A DNA stretch of 64,000 nucleotides from contig CAWJEN010000006.1 in assembly GCA_963841915.1 (NCBI GenBank), forward strand, positions 576,001 to 640,000, read 5' to 3'. The DNA comes from an uncultured Planctomycetota bacterium (GTDB lineage Bacteria; Planctomycetota; Phycisphaerae; Tepidisphaerales; Tepidisphaeraceae). This document shows, piece after piece, positions 53,853 to 62,691 of this stretch. How positions within the stretch are numbered: the first letter of the stretch is position 1; each line of letters opens with the position of its first letter. The notes under the pieces are model-generated. The model made no database searches. It had not been told where the DNA came from and saw only the letters and a program-made list of their open reading frames with translations. A program made the position numbers and the translations under genes.

Positions 53853-55007
53853 CTAGTCAACCACGGTCACCGCTGCCGCCGGTTGACTCTTGCCGACCGG
53901 GTTGCCGTTTCCGCGGAGCTCCAGCATGCGATCAAGGGCCACCATCGACCACTTGCGTGTCGCCGTGTCGACGCTGATCTGGTTCACCACATTTCCGGCT
54001 ACCAGCTCTTCAAGCACGTAACACAGGTGCGGCAAGTCGATGCGCGTCATCGTCGTGCACAGACACTGGCACTCGCTGAGGACAAAGATCGTCTGCTCCG
54101 GGTGCTGCTGCTTGAGCCGGTGGACGAGATGCACTTCGGTGCCGATCGCCCACACGGTTCCGGGCGGGGCGGCCCGTACCTGATCGACGATGTACGCCGT
54201 GCTGCCGGCCATGTCTGCCTTGTCGACGACCTCCTTCTTGCACTCCGGGTGAACAAGTACCTTCACCTCCGGATACTGCTCGCGAGCCTGATCGACGTGT
54301 TCCGGGCGAAACAGGGCGTGCACGCTGCAGTGGCCTTTCCAAAGCAGGAACGTCGCCCGCTTCAAATCTTCGGCCGTATTGCCGCCTAAATCTTTCCGCG
54401 GGTCCCACAGGACCATGTCGCGCTCCGGGTCGAACCCCATCGACGCGGCCGTATTGCGGCCGAGGTGCTGGTCGGGGAAGAACAGGACTTTCTGCCCCTT
54501 CGTCAGTGCCCAATCAAGCACGGTTCGCGCGTTCGAGCTCGTGCACACCGCGCCGCCGTGTTCGCCGACGAACGCCTTGATGTCGGCCGACGAGTTCATG
54601 TACGTCACCGGAACGACGGGCGGCTCGCCGCCGAACACCTCCGTCAGTTGCTCCCAGCATTCCTCGGTCTGATCCAGATCGGCCATGTCGGCCATCGAAC
54701 ACCCGGCCCCGAGGTCCGGCAGAAGCACCGCCACGTCCGGCCCGGTGAGAATGTCGGCCGTCTCGGCCATGAAGTGCACGCCGCAGAAGATGACGTACTT
54801 CGCCTCCTTCAGATCCGCCGCGAACCGCGACAGCTCGAACGAATCGCCTTGCTTGTCGGCAAATTCGATGACGTCGTCATGCTGATAATGGTGCCCGAGA
54901 ATGACCAGGTCATCGCCCAGCTGTTCCTTGGCTTCGGTGATGCGGAATCGCAGCTCCGGATCGGTAAGCTCGTTGTAAATCGACGGCAGCGGTCGTTGCC
55001 AGGTCAT
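53853..55007 (-). CDS. nadA: Quinolinate synthase
   Basis: ILGHHYQ, FCGVHFMAETA, AGCSMADM, TYMNSSA, CTSSNA, PDQHLGRN, CSVH, HPEC, C.C.TM.RI. Confidence 0.95.
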   Translation of the reverse strand: MTWQRPLPSIYNELTDPELRFRITEAKEQLGDDLVILGHHYQHDDVIEFADKQGDSFELSRFAADLKEAKYVIFCGVHFMAETADILTGPDVAVLLPDLGAGCSMADMADLDQTEECWEQLTEVFGGEPPVVPVTYMNSSADIKAFVGEHGGAVCTSSNARTVLDWALTKGQKVLFFPDQHLGRNTAASMGFDPERDMVLWDPRKDLGGNTAEDLKRATFLLWKGHCSVHALFRPEHVDQAREQYPEVKVLVHPECKKEVVDKADMAGSTAYIVDQVRAAPPGTVWAIGTEVHLVHRLKQQHPEQTIFVLSECQCLCTTMTRIDLPHLCYVLEELVAGNVVNQISVDTATRKWSMVALDRMLELRGNGNPVGKSQPAAAVTVVD

Positions 55008-55090
55008 GGGCATGCCCTTTTGTACGTCACCGGCATTAAAATGTGCAGCCGACGTCCGCTCGACGGGCCGGGCGGACATGAACCCTGTAC

Positions 55091-57031
55091 GTGCGGAACC
55101 TTCCCGAACAGTCTGACGACGCGGACCTGTTAAGGCAGTACGCACGGGATCGTGACGACGTCGCGTTTGCCCGCGTCGTCGCTCGGCACACGCGGGCGGT
55201 GCGGCACATTGCCTACCGGCACACGCACGACAACCACGCCGCCGACGATGTCACGCAGGCGGCCTTCATCGTCCTGGCCCGTCGGCCCAGGGCAGCCATG
55301 CGGTCGGCCAGGCGTCGCCGGACGGCGTTGCCTTGGCTGGCCAAAGTCTGCCGATACGCCGCCGGGAACTGGCGGCGCAGCGAGCGTCGCCGAAGCCGCC
55401 GCGAACAGGTCGTCGCCCGTGCCGACGTCTACCCCGACCCGACGGCCGGGCACGATCTGGCCGACGCAATTCGGTCTGCCCTCGCCTGCCTGCCACGCCG
55501 GGACCGCAGACTCGTCGAGCTTCGGCACGTGTCGCAGATGAGCTGGGACCAGGTCGCCCGCGAGGCCGGCACCTCACCCGACGCCGCCCGCAAGGCGACG
55601 TCGCGGGCGCTGGTTCGACTCCGTGAAGTGCTCGACCAACGCGGCGTGGTCACCGGAACGGCGGCCGTCGTTGCCGCACTCGCTCGATCCGCGGCGGCTT
55701 TACCCGTACCGCCTGCGACCGCCGCGTCGCTGGCCTCCTCCGTTTTACTCACCATGAAGATCAAGGCTCTTTCAACCGCCGCTCTCGCCACCGCAGCCAC
55801 GCTCGGCCTTGCCGCCAGCGTCTACGCGCTAGCTCCGGACAGTCCGCCGCCCGCCGCGACGCAGCCAATCGCCTCGTCAAAGCCGTTCGTCGTCGACCTC
55901 GGCGGCGGCGGAAGGCTCGAGGTGCTCTACGTCGCCGAGCACAAACCCGGCGGCCGCGTCTGGAACCCGGACGGCTCGCCGAGCGACCGCGAGCGGCTGT
56001 TCGCCGATGACGACGTGATCGAGAAAGGCGGCCTTTTAGAAGTCGCCGTTCGTGTCACAACGCCGGCGGGTCAGCCGTTCTTCACATACACGACGCAACC
56101 GACCGAAGCCGGCGTCGATGCCATCGAGAACTGGCGGTGGGGCGTCAACGAGGCAGTGCGTCAGCAACGCCAGCCGCTGCGCGATCGCGGCTTCGACCTC
56201 GTCGTTGTCGATCCCGCGGCAGACACTGAAACGGTCGCTATCAACACCACTGTGCCGCTGGGCGAATGGCAGGTGCTGCATCGATGGAACAACATCGGCA
56301 TCAGCGGCAACATGGACGCCAGTGCACGCGAGGCCGGCGGCATTGCGACGCCCGCCGCCGTCGGCACCTTCGCGAGTGACATGGCAGATGACGATGGCTC
56401 GCCGATGTTACAGACGCGGTGGTTCCTCGCCGACGCAGAAGCCTGGCAGCTCGACACCCGCGCCCGCCTGAGTGACGGCACGATGGTCGACATGGGCGAA
56501 GTCAGCTACTCCGGCTCCGGCGGGCACATCGGCGTCTCGACGCTGAAGGGCCATCACCGGGCGGCGGTCGAGTTCTTCGAGCTGATGGGCCGACCCAAAG
56601 GCGGCGTGTCGCTGAGCGGGCTGGCGGCTCGGCCGGACGTGGAGAGCGAACCGCTGGCCGAAGTCGACGAAGCGGCGACGCGCCCTGAGTCAGCGTGGCC
56701 CGAAGGCGGTCGGCCCAAGTTCGAGCAGGCGGTCGAGGTCGACGTCGAATATTTTAGTTGGTCCTTCTTCGCACTGCGGACGCAAGAGGCGATCGGCCTG
56801 CCCGTCGGCATCGACACCTACCTGCTCCGCGGCGCGGGGATCCGCGATCACGGCTCGACCGATGCGAAGTTCACTGCCGCCGCCGGTGACGACGTGCTCG
56901 ACACGCTCGATGCTGCCGTCAAACGGCACGACGAGCGCCTCGGCGTCATCTGGCAATCGGGCCGCTTCCTCATCACGCTCGACCCTGACCTGACGCCACC
57001 GCCGGTGAAGCCGGGCGAGTCGTACGAGTGA
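55091..57031 (+). CDS. ECF sigma-70 factor with TM segment and long C-terminal extension
   Basis: DDADLLRQY...D..AF...V.RH, ADDVTQAAF..L, region 4 L..LP...R; Ala-rich TM segment then ~400 aa extension. Confidence 0.85.
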   Translation: MRNLPEQSDDADLLRQYARDRDDVAFARVVARHTRAVRHIAYRHTHDNHAADDVTQAAFIVLARRPRAAMRSARRRRTALPWLAKVCRYAAGNWRRSERRRSRREQVVARADVYPDPTAGHDLADAIRSALACLPRRDRRLVELRHVSQMSWDQVAREAGTSPDAARKATSRALVRLREVLDQRGVVTGTAAVVAALARSAAALPVPPATAASLASSVLLTMKIKALSTAALATAATLGLAASVYALAPDSPPPAATQPIASSKPFVVDLGGGGRLEVLYVAEHKPGGRVWNPDGSPSDRERLFADDDVIEKGGLLEVAVRVTTPAGQPFFTYTTQPTEAGVDAIENWRWGVNEAVRQQRQPLRDRGFDLVVVDPAADTETVAINTTVPLGEWQVLHRWNNIGISGNMDASAREAGGIATPAAVGTFASDMADDDGSPMLQTRWFLADAEAWQLDTRARLSDGTMVDMGEVSYSGSGGHIGVSTLKGHHRAAVEFFELMGRPKGGVSLSGLAARPDVESEPLAEVDEAATRPESAWPEGGRPKFEQAVEVDVEYFSWSFFALRTQEAIGLPVGIDTYLLRGAGIRDHGSTDAKFTAAAGDDVLDTLDAAVKRHDERLGVIWQSGRFLITLDPDLTPPPVKPGESYE

Positions 57032-57100
57032 TGCCGAAGCCGACGAAGCGGCAGGCCGGTCATCGTGCTTCGTCGTGCTTGAACCGTTACGCTCTCTGGC

Positions 57101-58105
57101 GTGTCCCAGCCGCCGCCTGTTCCTGCACCTGCTGAGAATTGGTCCACCGGCATGCCGCAGCAGGTGGGGACGCTGGGGTATGCAAATTTCGCCGCGAAGC
57201 CAGCCATCGTAACGACGTTGTCGGTGCTGAGCATCGTCATCGGGTCGCTCGGCCTGCTGGCCAACGCGTGTGGCGTCGTTAGAGCGGCAGTCCTCATGTT
57301 CTTCATCGCCGTTGCGCCTGCGCCTGGTGGGCGACAGGCCTTCGGGTCCGTGGTTTCGACCCCGGCCGGGTCCATCAACCCTGTTGACGCCGCCATCATT
57401 GCCGATGCGTTTGAGCAGCATTTGCCCCTGTCAGCTGCCGACCGTGCCCGGTTGATCACGGCATTGCCTATGGCTGAAGTGCCACTGGCCCCGCCAGCGG
57501 GAAGCCAATGGTCGGTCGGCTGGGTTGAAACGCAGATTGAAGGCGGAAGCGCGCAGGCTCTATCCGGTGGCGCGGTGAGCACCTACACGATGAGCAACGG
57601 CGGAAGCGTGAGCATCGATCCCAATGTCATTAAGTTCATTGCCATCACGCCGAGAGGGCAGGTCAACATGACGATGGTAAGCAACGACGGCACGGTGACA
57701 GTCGGCGGGATTACTCCGGCCGGAGCTCCCATGGTGGGGGCAGGTGGCCGCTTCAAGGTAATGGCAACGCTCGGCGTGGAGGTGCTGGAACTGCTCTTAT
57801 CGGGCTGGCTGCTCATTGCAGGAATTCGCGGCGCGACGGGTCACCGCAGCTCGCTCACATGGCACCGTTAATGGGCCTGGTCTCGTCTGGCCGTCGGAGT
57901 CGTCGGTGCCGTCTTAATGATGAAGATGACGTGGAACCCGTTCGCCGGCTTGGTCTTGGGTAGTGGCTTGCCGGCCAATACTGCCGAGGCGCTGAAGACA
58001 GTTTTTTCTGGCGTCCTCGCATTCGCCTGGGCGGCGGCGTATCCGGTCGCGGTGTTGATCATGCTGCGGTCGACGCGGCTGCAGGCGTGGTACGGGAGAC
58101 CGTAA
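57101..58105 (+). pseudogene. Membrane protein interrupted by an in-frame TAA at 57869-57871
   Basis: The frame continues after the stop (WAWSRLAVGVVGAVL...) straight into ORF 57917-58105, completing further TM helices. Confidence 0.7.
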
Positions 58106-58216
58106 TCTGACTCGGCGTGACGCACCCGCACGTCACCAGCCCCGCAAACGGTGTCGCAGCGGGACAGAAACGCAAACGACGGCCGACGACCCGCCGACGC
58201 ACTCGGCGGAGCAAAA

Positions 58217-58232
58217 TGTTCCACGTGGAACA
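58217..58232. promoter_or_regulatory. parS (ParB-binding) site
   Basis: TGTTCCACGTGGAACA; 20-bp extended palindrome at 58215-58234. Confidence 0.9.
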
Positions 58233-58283
58233 TTCCGGCGGAGGTAAAAACCCCCGCCGCAGCACGCCAACGGGGTCGGCCGA

Positions 58284-58299
58284 TGTTCCACGTGGAACA
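58284..58299. promoter_or_regulatory. parS (ParB-binding) site
   Basis: TGTTCCACGTGGAACA. Confidence 0.9.
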
Positions 58300-58361
58300 T
58301 TTGGAGGTCACCGAGCCTTCGCCGCCCCCGTGCGCCGATTTGGCCGCCGCGGCGCAACAGA

Positions 58362-58389
58362 AGAGCGACGCCCGATCGGGCGTCGCTCT
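58362..58389 (-). terminator. Perfect 28-bp palindrome downstream of nuoB, probable terminator
   Basis: AGAGCGACGCCCGATCGGGCGTCGCTCT, followed by TCTGTT on the minus strand. Confidence 0.65.
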
Positions 58390-58409
58390 CGTCACAGCTT
58401 GAGGTTGTG

Positions 58410-58991
58410 CTACTTGCGGTTGAGCACCGTGCCGCCCAGGCCCAGCGGGACGGGCTGCGGTGCCGGGACGTAGCTGGGCTCGACGACGAGGTTGAGCGGC
58501 CGACGCTTGCCCTCGGGAGGCAAGCCGTCCTCATCGATCTTACGCTGGATGGCCATAATGCCCTCGATGAGCGTCTCGGGTCGCGGCGGGCAGCCGGGGA
58601 CGTAGACGTCGACGGGCATGAACTGGTCGATGCCCTGGACCGTCGCGTAGGCGTCGAAGACGCCGCCCGTCGAAGCACACGCTCCCATGGAGATGACCCA
58701 CTTGGGCTCGGTCATCTGCTGATAGATGTGCTGGAGGACGGGCATCATCTTGATGGTCACGCGGCCGGCGACGATCATGAGATCGCTCTGGCGGGGCGAG
58801 AACCGCATGGCCTCGGCACCGAAGCGGGCGAGGTCGTAGCGGGAGCTGGCGGTGGCCATGAGCTCGATGCCGCAGCACGCCGTCGCAAACGGCATCGGCC
58901 ACAAGCTGCTGCGGCGGGCCCAGTTGACGACCCGCTTCAGGTTCGTCGTCAGCACGTTGTCCGGCAGAGTCGTGACGTCCATAGATCCCAT
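58410..58991 (-). CDS. nuoB: NADH-quinone oxidoreductase subunit B
   Basis: [44 protein letters not shown]. Confidence 0.95.
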   Translation of the reverse strand: MGSMDVTTLPDNVLTTNLKRVVNWARRSSLWPMPFATACCGIELMATASSRYDLARFGAEAMRFSPRQSDLMIVAGRVTIKMMPVLQHIYQQMTEPKWVISMGACASTGGVFDAYATVQGIDQFMPVDVYVPGCPPRPETLIEGIMAIQRKIDEDGLPPEGKRRPLNLVVEPSYVPAPQPVPLGLGGTVLNRK

Positions 58992-59048
58992 ACTACGCGA
59001 CCGCGACGGCGGGTGTTTGGCCGGGTGAAAGTGAAAGACAGGCTTCGC

Positions 59049-59717
59049 TCAAGCCGCTTCGGTCACCGGAACCCGCTTGCTCCCCATGAATGCCGCTGGC
59101 AGAATGCCCAGGCCGACGACCGTCAGGACGATGCCACCGATCAGCAGCATCGTCCTGCCGCCCCCGGTGTCGACGTCAACGGCGTAGGCCAGCACCGGCC
59201 GGCCGGCGCTGTCGGTCCGCTGGGTCGCAGCCTCGGCCCCGTCGGGCAGCGCGACCTTGAGGTTCATCAGCATGACCGCTGTAGGCCCCTCGGACTGCGT
59301 GTAGTTGTAGCGAAAGACGCGGGCCGCATCGTCGGGTTCGCCGTCGCCCATCTCCGGCTCGAGTTCGAACTCGTACCTGCCGTCACCCCGATGCCTGGCC
59401 ACGCCTCTGGCGGCGACGGACATCTTCATCGTGCGGTCCATCTCGTCCTGCTCGAGATCGAAGTCGTCGACCACATATTGGCTGACGAACTGGCCCATGT
59501 CGCGGCGGAGCAGAGACGGGTTGTCGCCGTACTGCTGCTTCCAAGCGGCCCAGCCTTTGGCCGACATCTTCATCTCGAAGGAGATGGCGGCGTCGCCAAG
59601 TTCGTCGAGTTCGATCGAGATGTCGACCGGCATGACGTCGACCTGCGGGGCGACCTGTGCAGAGGCCGGCAGGGCAAAGGCGAGGACGGCGAGAAACGCG
59701 AAGGTGATCTTGTTCAT
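59049..59717 (-). CDS. Exported protein with C-terminal membrane anchor
   Basis: Signal peptide MNKITFAFLAVLAFALPASA; hydrophobic C-terminal helix. Confidence 0.75.
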   Translation of the reverse strand: MNKITFAFLAVLAFALPASAQVAPQVDVMPVDISIELDELGDAAISFEMKMSAKGWAAWKQQYGDNPSLLRRDMGQFVSQYVVDDFDLEQDEMDRTMKMSVAARGVARHRGDGRYEFELEPEMGDGEPDDAARVFRYNYTQSEGPTAVMLMNLKVALPDGAEAATQRTDSAGRPVLAYAVDVDTGGGRTMLLIGGIVLTVVGLGILPAAFMGSKRVPVTEAA

Positions 59718-59737
59718 ATCGTTGAAGTCGAAGGTTT

Positions 59738-61429
59738 TCACTGGCCGGCGGCGATGGTGGTGGCGACCTGCTGCCACGAGGTGTCGCCTTGGGGCGACAT
59801 GACAGCCACACCGATGAGGCGGCCGTTGGTCGGGACGAAGTACATACCGCCCTCCAGGATCATGCCGTTGGCGGCCATCTGGACCATCACGAGGTTCGCC
59901 GGCTTCCCGGTGAACTGGGTTTCCTGGCTACCACCGAACTGAATGCCGGCGCCCATCTGTGAGGCAAAGTCGGCGAGTTGTCCGATCGCCTGCTGCTGAT
60001 TGACGGGGCCGAAGTCGTACGCCTCGATCGACCGCATGCCCGTGCCGTCGACGGCATTGAAGGCATAGCTGGGCAAGTAAGGTTTGACCTGCTGAACGAT
60101 CAGGCCGTTGGGTTGATAATCGAGCGGGTAGCGGACAGTCAGGCCAGCGACCATGGTCGAGGGCCAGTTGCTGACCGTCGGTTGCGGCGCGGGAAGGCCC
60201 GTCGGATTGACAGACAAGGTGGCGTCTGTCGAGGTGGTCGCATCGGGCGTATTGGTCGCGCCGGACCGGCTGTCTTTTACCCGCTGAGCGAGCATGTCGC
60301 TCAAGCCGGCCAAGTCAGCCTGCTGAAACTCGGGCGGACGGATGCCGCGCCCTTGCTCTGCGGTGACATCGACCAGTCGGCCCGGCAGCTTGCCTGCCAT
60401 GAGCTCGCCGAGCTGCTTGTTGCCTGCTTCGACCGCCTGTTCGAAGGTCATCGTCCCGCCGAGGTTGCTGCCACCGACGCCGGTCGACTCGATGGCGATC
60501 ATCGTCCCGTCTGCCGCCTTGAGCACCGGGTAGCAGTGACCGGGCACGAGAATCAGGTAAGCGTCAGCTCCGGCACCCTTGCCCAGCGCTGCCCAAAGCA
60601 TCGCCAGCTCGATGCAGAGTCCGCTGTTCTGATAGACGACGTCGCGTGGCAGGCGGACGCTTTGGACCATGCTCGTCGTGTCGCCGAGCTGCTCGGGCAC
60701 GCCCGCGTTGCCGGCATAGGTCATGCCGGTGTCGGCCATGAAGTCGTAGATGCTCCGCATCACCTTGGCCAGCTCCTTGGCGTCGCTGGTGATGGGCAGG
60801 CCTCCCTTGGTTTCACTGATCTTGCCGAGATATTGACGCACCACTTCGTCCTCGTGCGTGACGAATGCGGCCGTCAGCTCGGCGTTGTCGAACATGTCGT
60901 ACCAGCCGAGCACCTCGTCGGCGGGCAGGCTTGTGTACTCGATTTCGGTGACGCCGCGGAACTCGAAGTCGCGTCGCTCAATCTGCTCTTTGGGTTCGCC
61001 GTCGTCGTTCCAGGCGAGCTTGACCTCGAGGCTGGCGGGCGTGCGGGTGCGAATGGTCGTCACGCTGCGAGGCAGTCTCGGGTAAAAGACGACACCCGCG
61101 GTCTGACCCGGCAGCAGTTGTTCCGCCGCCTCGGGCGTGGTCCAGGTGTCGAGGTGTCCCGGAATGCGATAGCTGATTTGCAGATCGTCGAGCGGTGCGT
61201 CGCCGTCGTTGGTGAGACGTAGCTTGCCGAGCCAGTACTTGCCGTCGGCCGCTTCCTTGTTGCCGTACGCCTTGTAGGCGACGGTCATGACGGTCGGCTT
61301 GAGATCGAGTCGGTAGTTGAGCTTGCCACCCGATGGAGCGGCGACGATCCAGGCGGCGATTGCCAAAAGGCCGAGCAGCAGCGATGCTGCGCCAGCGATG
61401 AGCAAGGTTCGGGCGTTGCGTGAGGTCAT
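59738..61429 (-). CDS. Membrane-anchored transglutaminase-like (papain-fold) protein
   Basis: QSVRLPRDV....GLCIELA, LVPGHCY, IAIEST (Cys-His-acid triad pattern); N-terminal TM. Confidence 0.7.
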   Translation of the reverse strand: MTSRNARTLLIAGAASLLLGLLAIAAWIVAAPSGGKLNYRLDLKPTVMTVAYKAYGNKEAADGKYWLGKLRLTNDGDAPLDDLQISYRIPGHLDTWTTPEAAEQLLPGQTAGVVFYPRLPRSVTTIRTRTPASLEVKLAWNDDGEPKEQIERRDFEFRGVTEIEYTSLPADEVLGWYDMFDNAELTAAFVTHEDEVVRQYLGKISETKGGLPITSDAKELAKVMRSIYDFMADTGMTYAGNAGVPEQLGDTTSMVQSVRLPRDVVYQNSGLCIELAMLWAALGKGAGADAYLILVPGHCYPVLKAADGTMIAIESTGVGGSNLGGTMTFEQAVEAGNKQLGELMAGKLPGRLVDVTAEQGRGIRPPEFQQADLAGLSDMLAQRVKDSRSGATNTPDATTSTDATLSVNPTGLPAPQPTVSNWPSTMVAGLTVRYPLDYQPNGLIVQQVKPYLPSYAFNAVDGTGMRSIEAYDFGPVNQQQAIGQLADFASQMGAGIQFGGSQETQFTGKPANLVMVQMAANGMILEGGMYFVPTNGRLIGVAVMSPQGDTSWQQVATTIAAGQ

Positions 61430-61507
61430 CGTCCCCCACATGCGTCAGCGCGACGCAGGCGGGGCCAGACGATCGACAGATTGTGCGATTCGTCGCGACA
61501 GGCCTGA

Positions 61508-61792
61508 CTAAAGCAGCCCGACAATCTCCGCGGCCCGTCGCAACGTTGCGCGAGTCATACGCACGACGACTTCGGGTGGCAGCTCTTTGGCCTCGTCCGT
61601 CTGGTACTCGGCCGGGATGACGCTCAGCGCAAGGTCACGTACTTCGAGTTCGACGGACTGCTGACGTTCTTGCTGGCCCGCCAGGTCGTCGCGGCCGATC
61701 GGATTGATGGCGTCATGCGCGAGCATCAGCGTGCTGATCTGCCAGTCGTAGTAGCTGTGCGAGCCGCTATGAGACGAAGACGCGTCGGACAT
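61508..61792 (-). CDS. Hypothetical protein
   Basis: Short ORF with normal composition, co-oriented with its neighbours. Confidence 0.6.
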   Translation of the reverse strand: MSDASSSHSGSHSYYDWQISTLMLAHDAINPIGRDDLAGQQERQQSVELEVRDLALSVIPAEYQTDEAKELPPEVVVRMTRATLRRAAEIVGLL

Positions 61793-61883
61793 GCCGCAGC
61801 GTAAGCGCAGCAGGGCGCAAGCAAGCGGGGCGTGTCGGAACACGCCCCGCAGATGCCGCTCCTCTACAGCATCAATGCCGTGC

Positions 61884-62468
61884 TCAGTAGCTCACCCGCG
61901 TCGCCCGCTCGACGGCGTCGATGACCCGACGGACGTGGAATGGTTTCAGCAGAAACGCGTCAAAACCCTGACGTGTGAGCTTGTCGGCAGAGGCTTCGTC
62001 AAGCCGATCGCTCATGGCCACGAGCTTCGTCAGCTGCAGATCGGGCTGGCTCTTGACGAGACTGACCACCGTCTCAGGCAAAACGTCGGCCAGATGCACA
62101 TTGAGAAACAGCACGTGCGGCCTGAACTGGGCTGCCATAACACCCGCTGCAAAGCCGGTGGCGGCGACTTCGACCTCATACCGGGCCTCGTCTTCGAGAA
62201 TTTTCTCCAGCACGTCGGTGATGTCCGGCTCGTCGTCAACGATGAGGACCCGTGTGTTGCCGGTCCGCAGCCCGTTGAGCGGGATGTTGTGCTCCTTCAT
62301 GAAGCGGACGAGCCCGTTGAGCGGGATGCGACGGTCCTTGGAGCCGGGGATTCGGTAGCCCTTGAGGCTGCCGGTGTCGAACCACTTGCTGACGGTGCGT
62401 GGTGCGACATTGCAAATTTTGGCGACTTCTCCGGTCGTCAGGACGTCTTTGGCTTTAAGTTCTTGCAT
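61884..62468 (-). CDS. Excisionase-like HTH plus receiver-domain regulator
   Basis: VLTTGEVAKIC.VAPRTVSKWFD.G.LKGYRIPGS.DRRIP followed by VLIVDDE...KPF. Confidence 0.88.
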   Translation of the reverse strand: MQELKAKDVLTTGEVAKICNVAPRTVSKWFDTGSLKGYRIPGSKDRRIPLNGLVRFMKEHNIPLNGLRTGNTRVLIVDDEPDITDVLEKILEDEARYEVEVAATGFAAGVMAAQFRPHVLFLNVHLADVLPETVVSLVKSQPDLQLTKLVAMSDRLDEASADKLTRQGFDAFLLKPFHVRRVIDAVERATRVSY

Positions 62469-62691
62469 CGTGGTCTCCCGCCCCACCGACCGCCTCACCG
62501 CTTCGCGGCGGGGCTTCAGTGGATTCGGCTTAGGCATTTCTTCCGGCATTTTCGTTGATGCCGCGTCGGGCGGCAGGCTCGTTACGGCCGGAAGCTACGA
62601 CATGCCTCACGGTCGTGCGGAGCGTCGCAAGGTCCGATAGCACCGTTACAAGCTAACCTTTGCCGACACCGCCTTACCCAACTTGCCGATC

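Larger units (their letters stand above)
58181..58361. repeat. 181-bp double-parS cassette, copy B (inverted relative to copy A)
   Basis: Reverse complement shares a 22-bp exact block, both parS sites and a 17/19 terminal block with 9503-9683. Confidence 0.85.

Noticed and set aside
58407..59942. 511-aa plus-strand ORF and other long antisense ORFs over clpB, gltD and pstS
   Set aside because: Antisense to well-supported genes; expected in GC-rich DNA.
62300..62468. Excisionase-like HTH as evidence of a prophage or ICE
   Set aside because: It is fused to a receiver domain as a regulator; no integrase, att-tRNA or phage genes are nearby.
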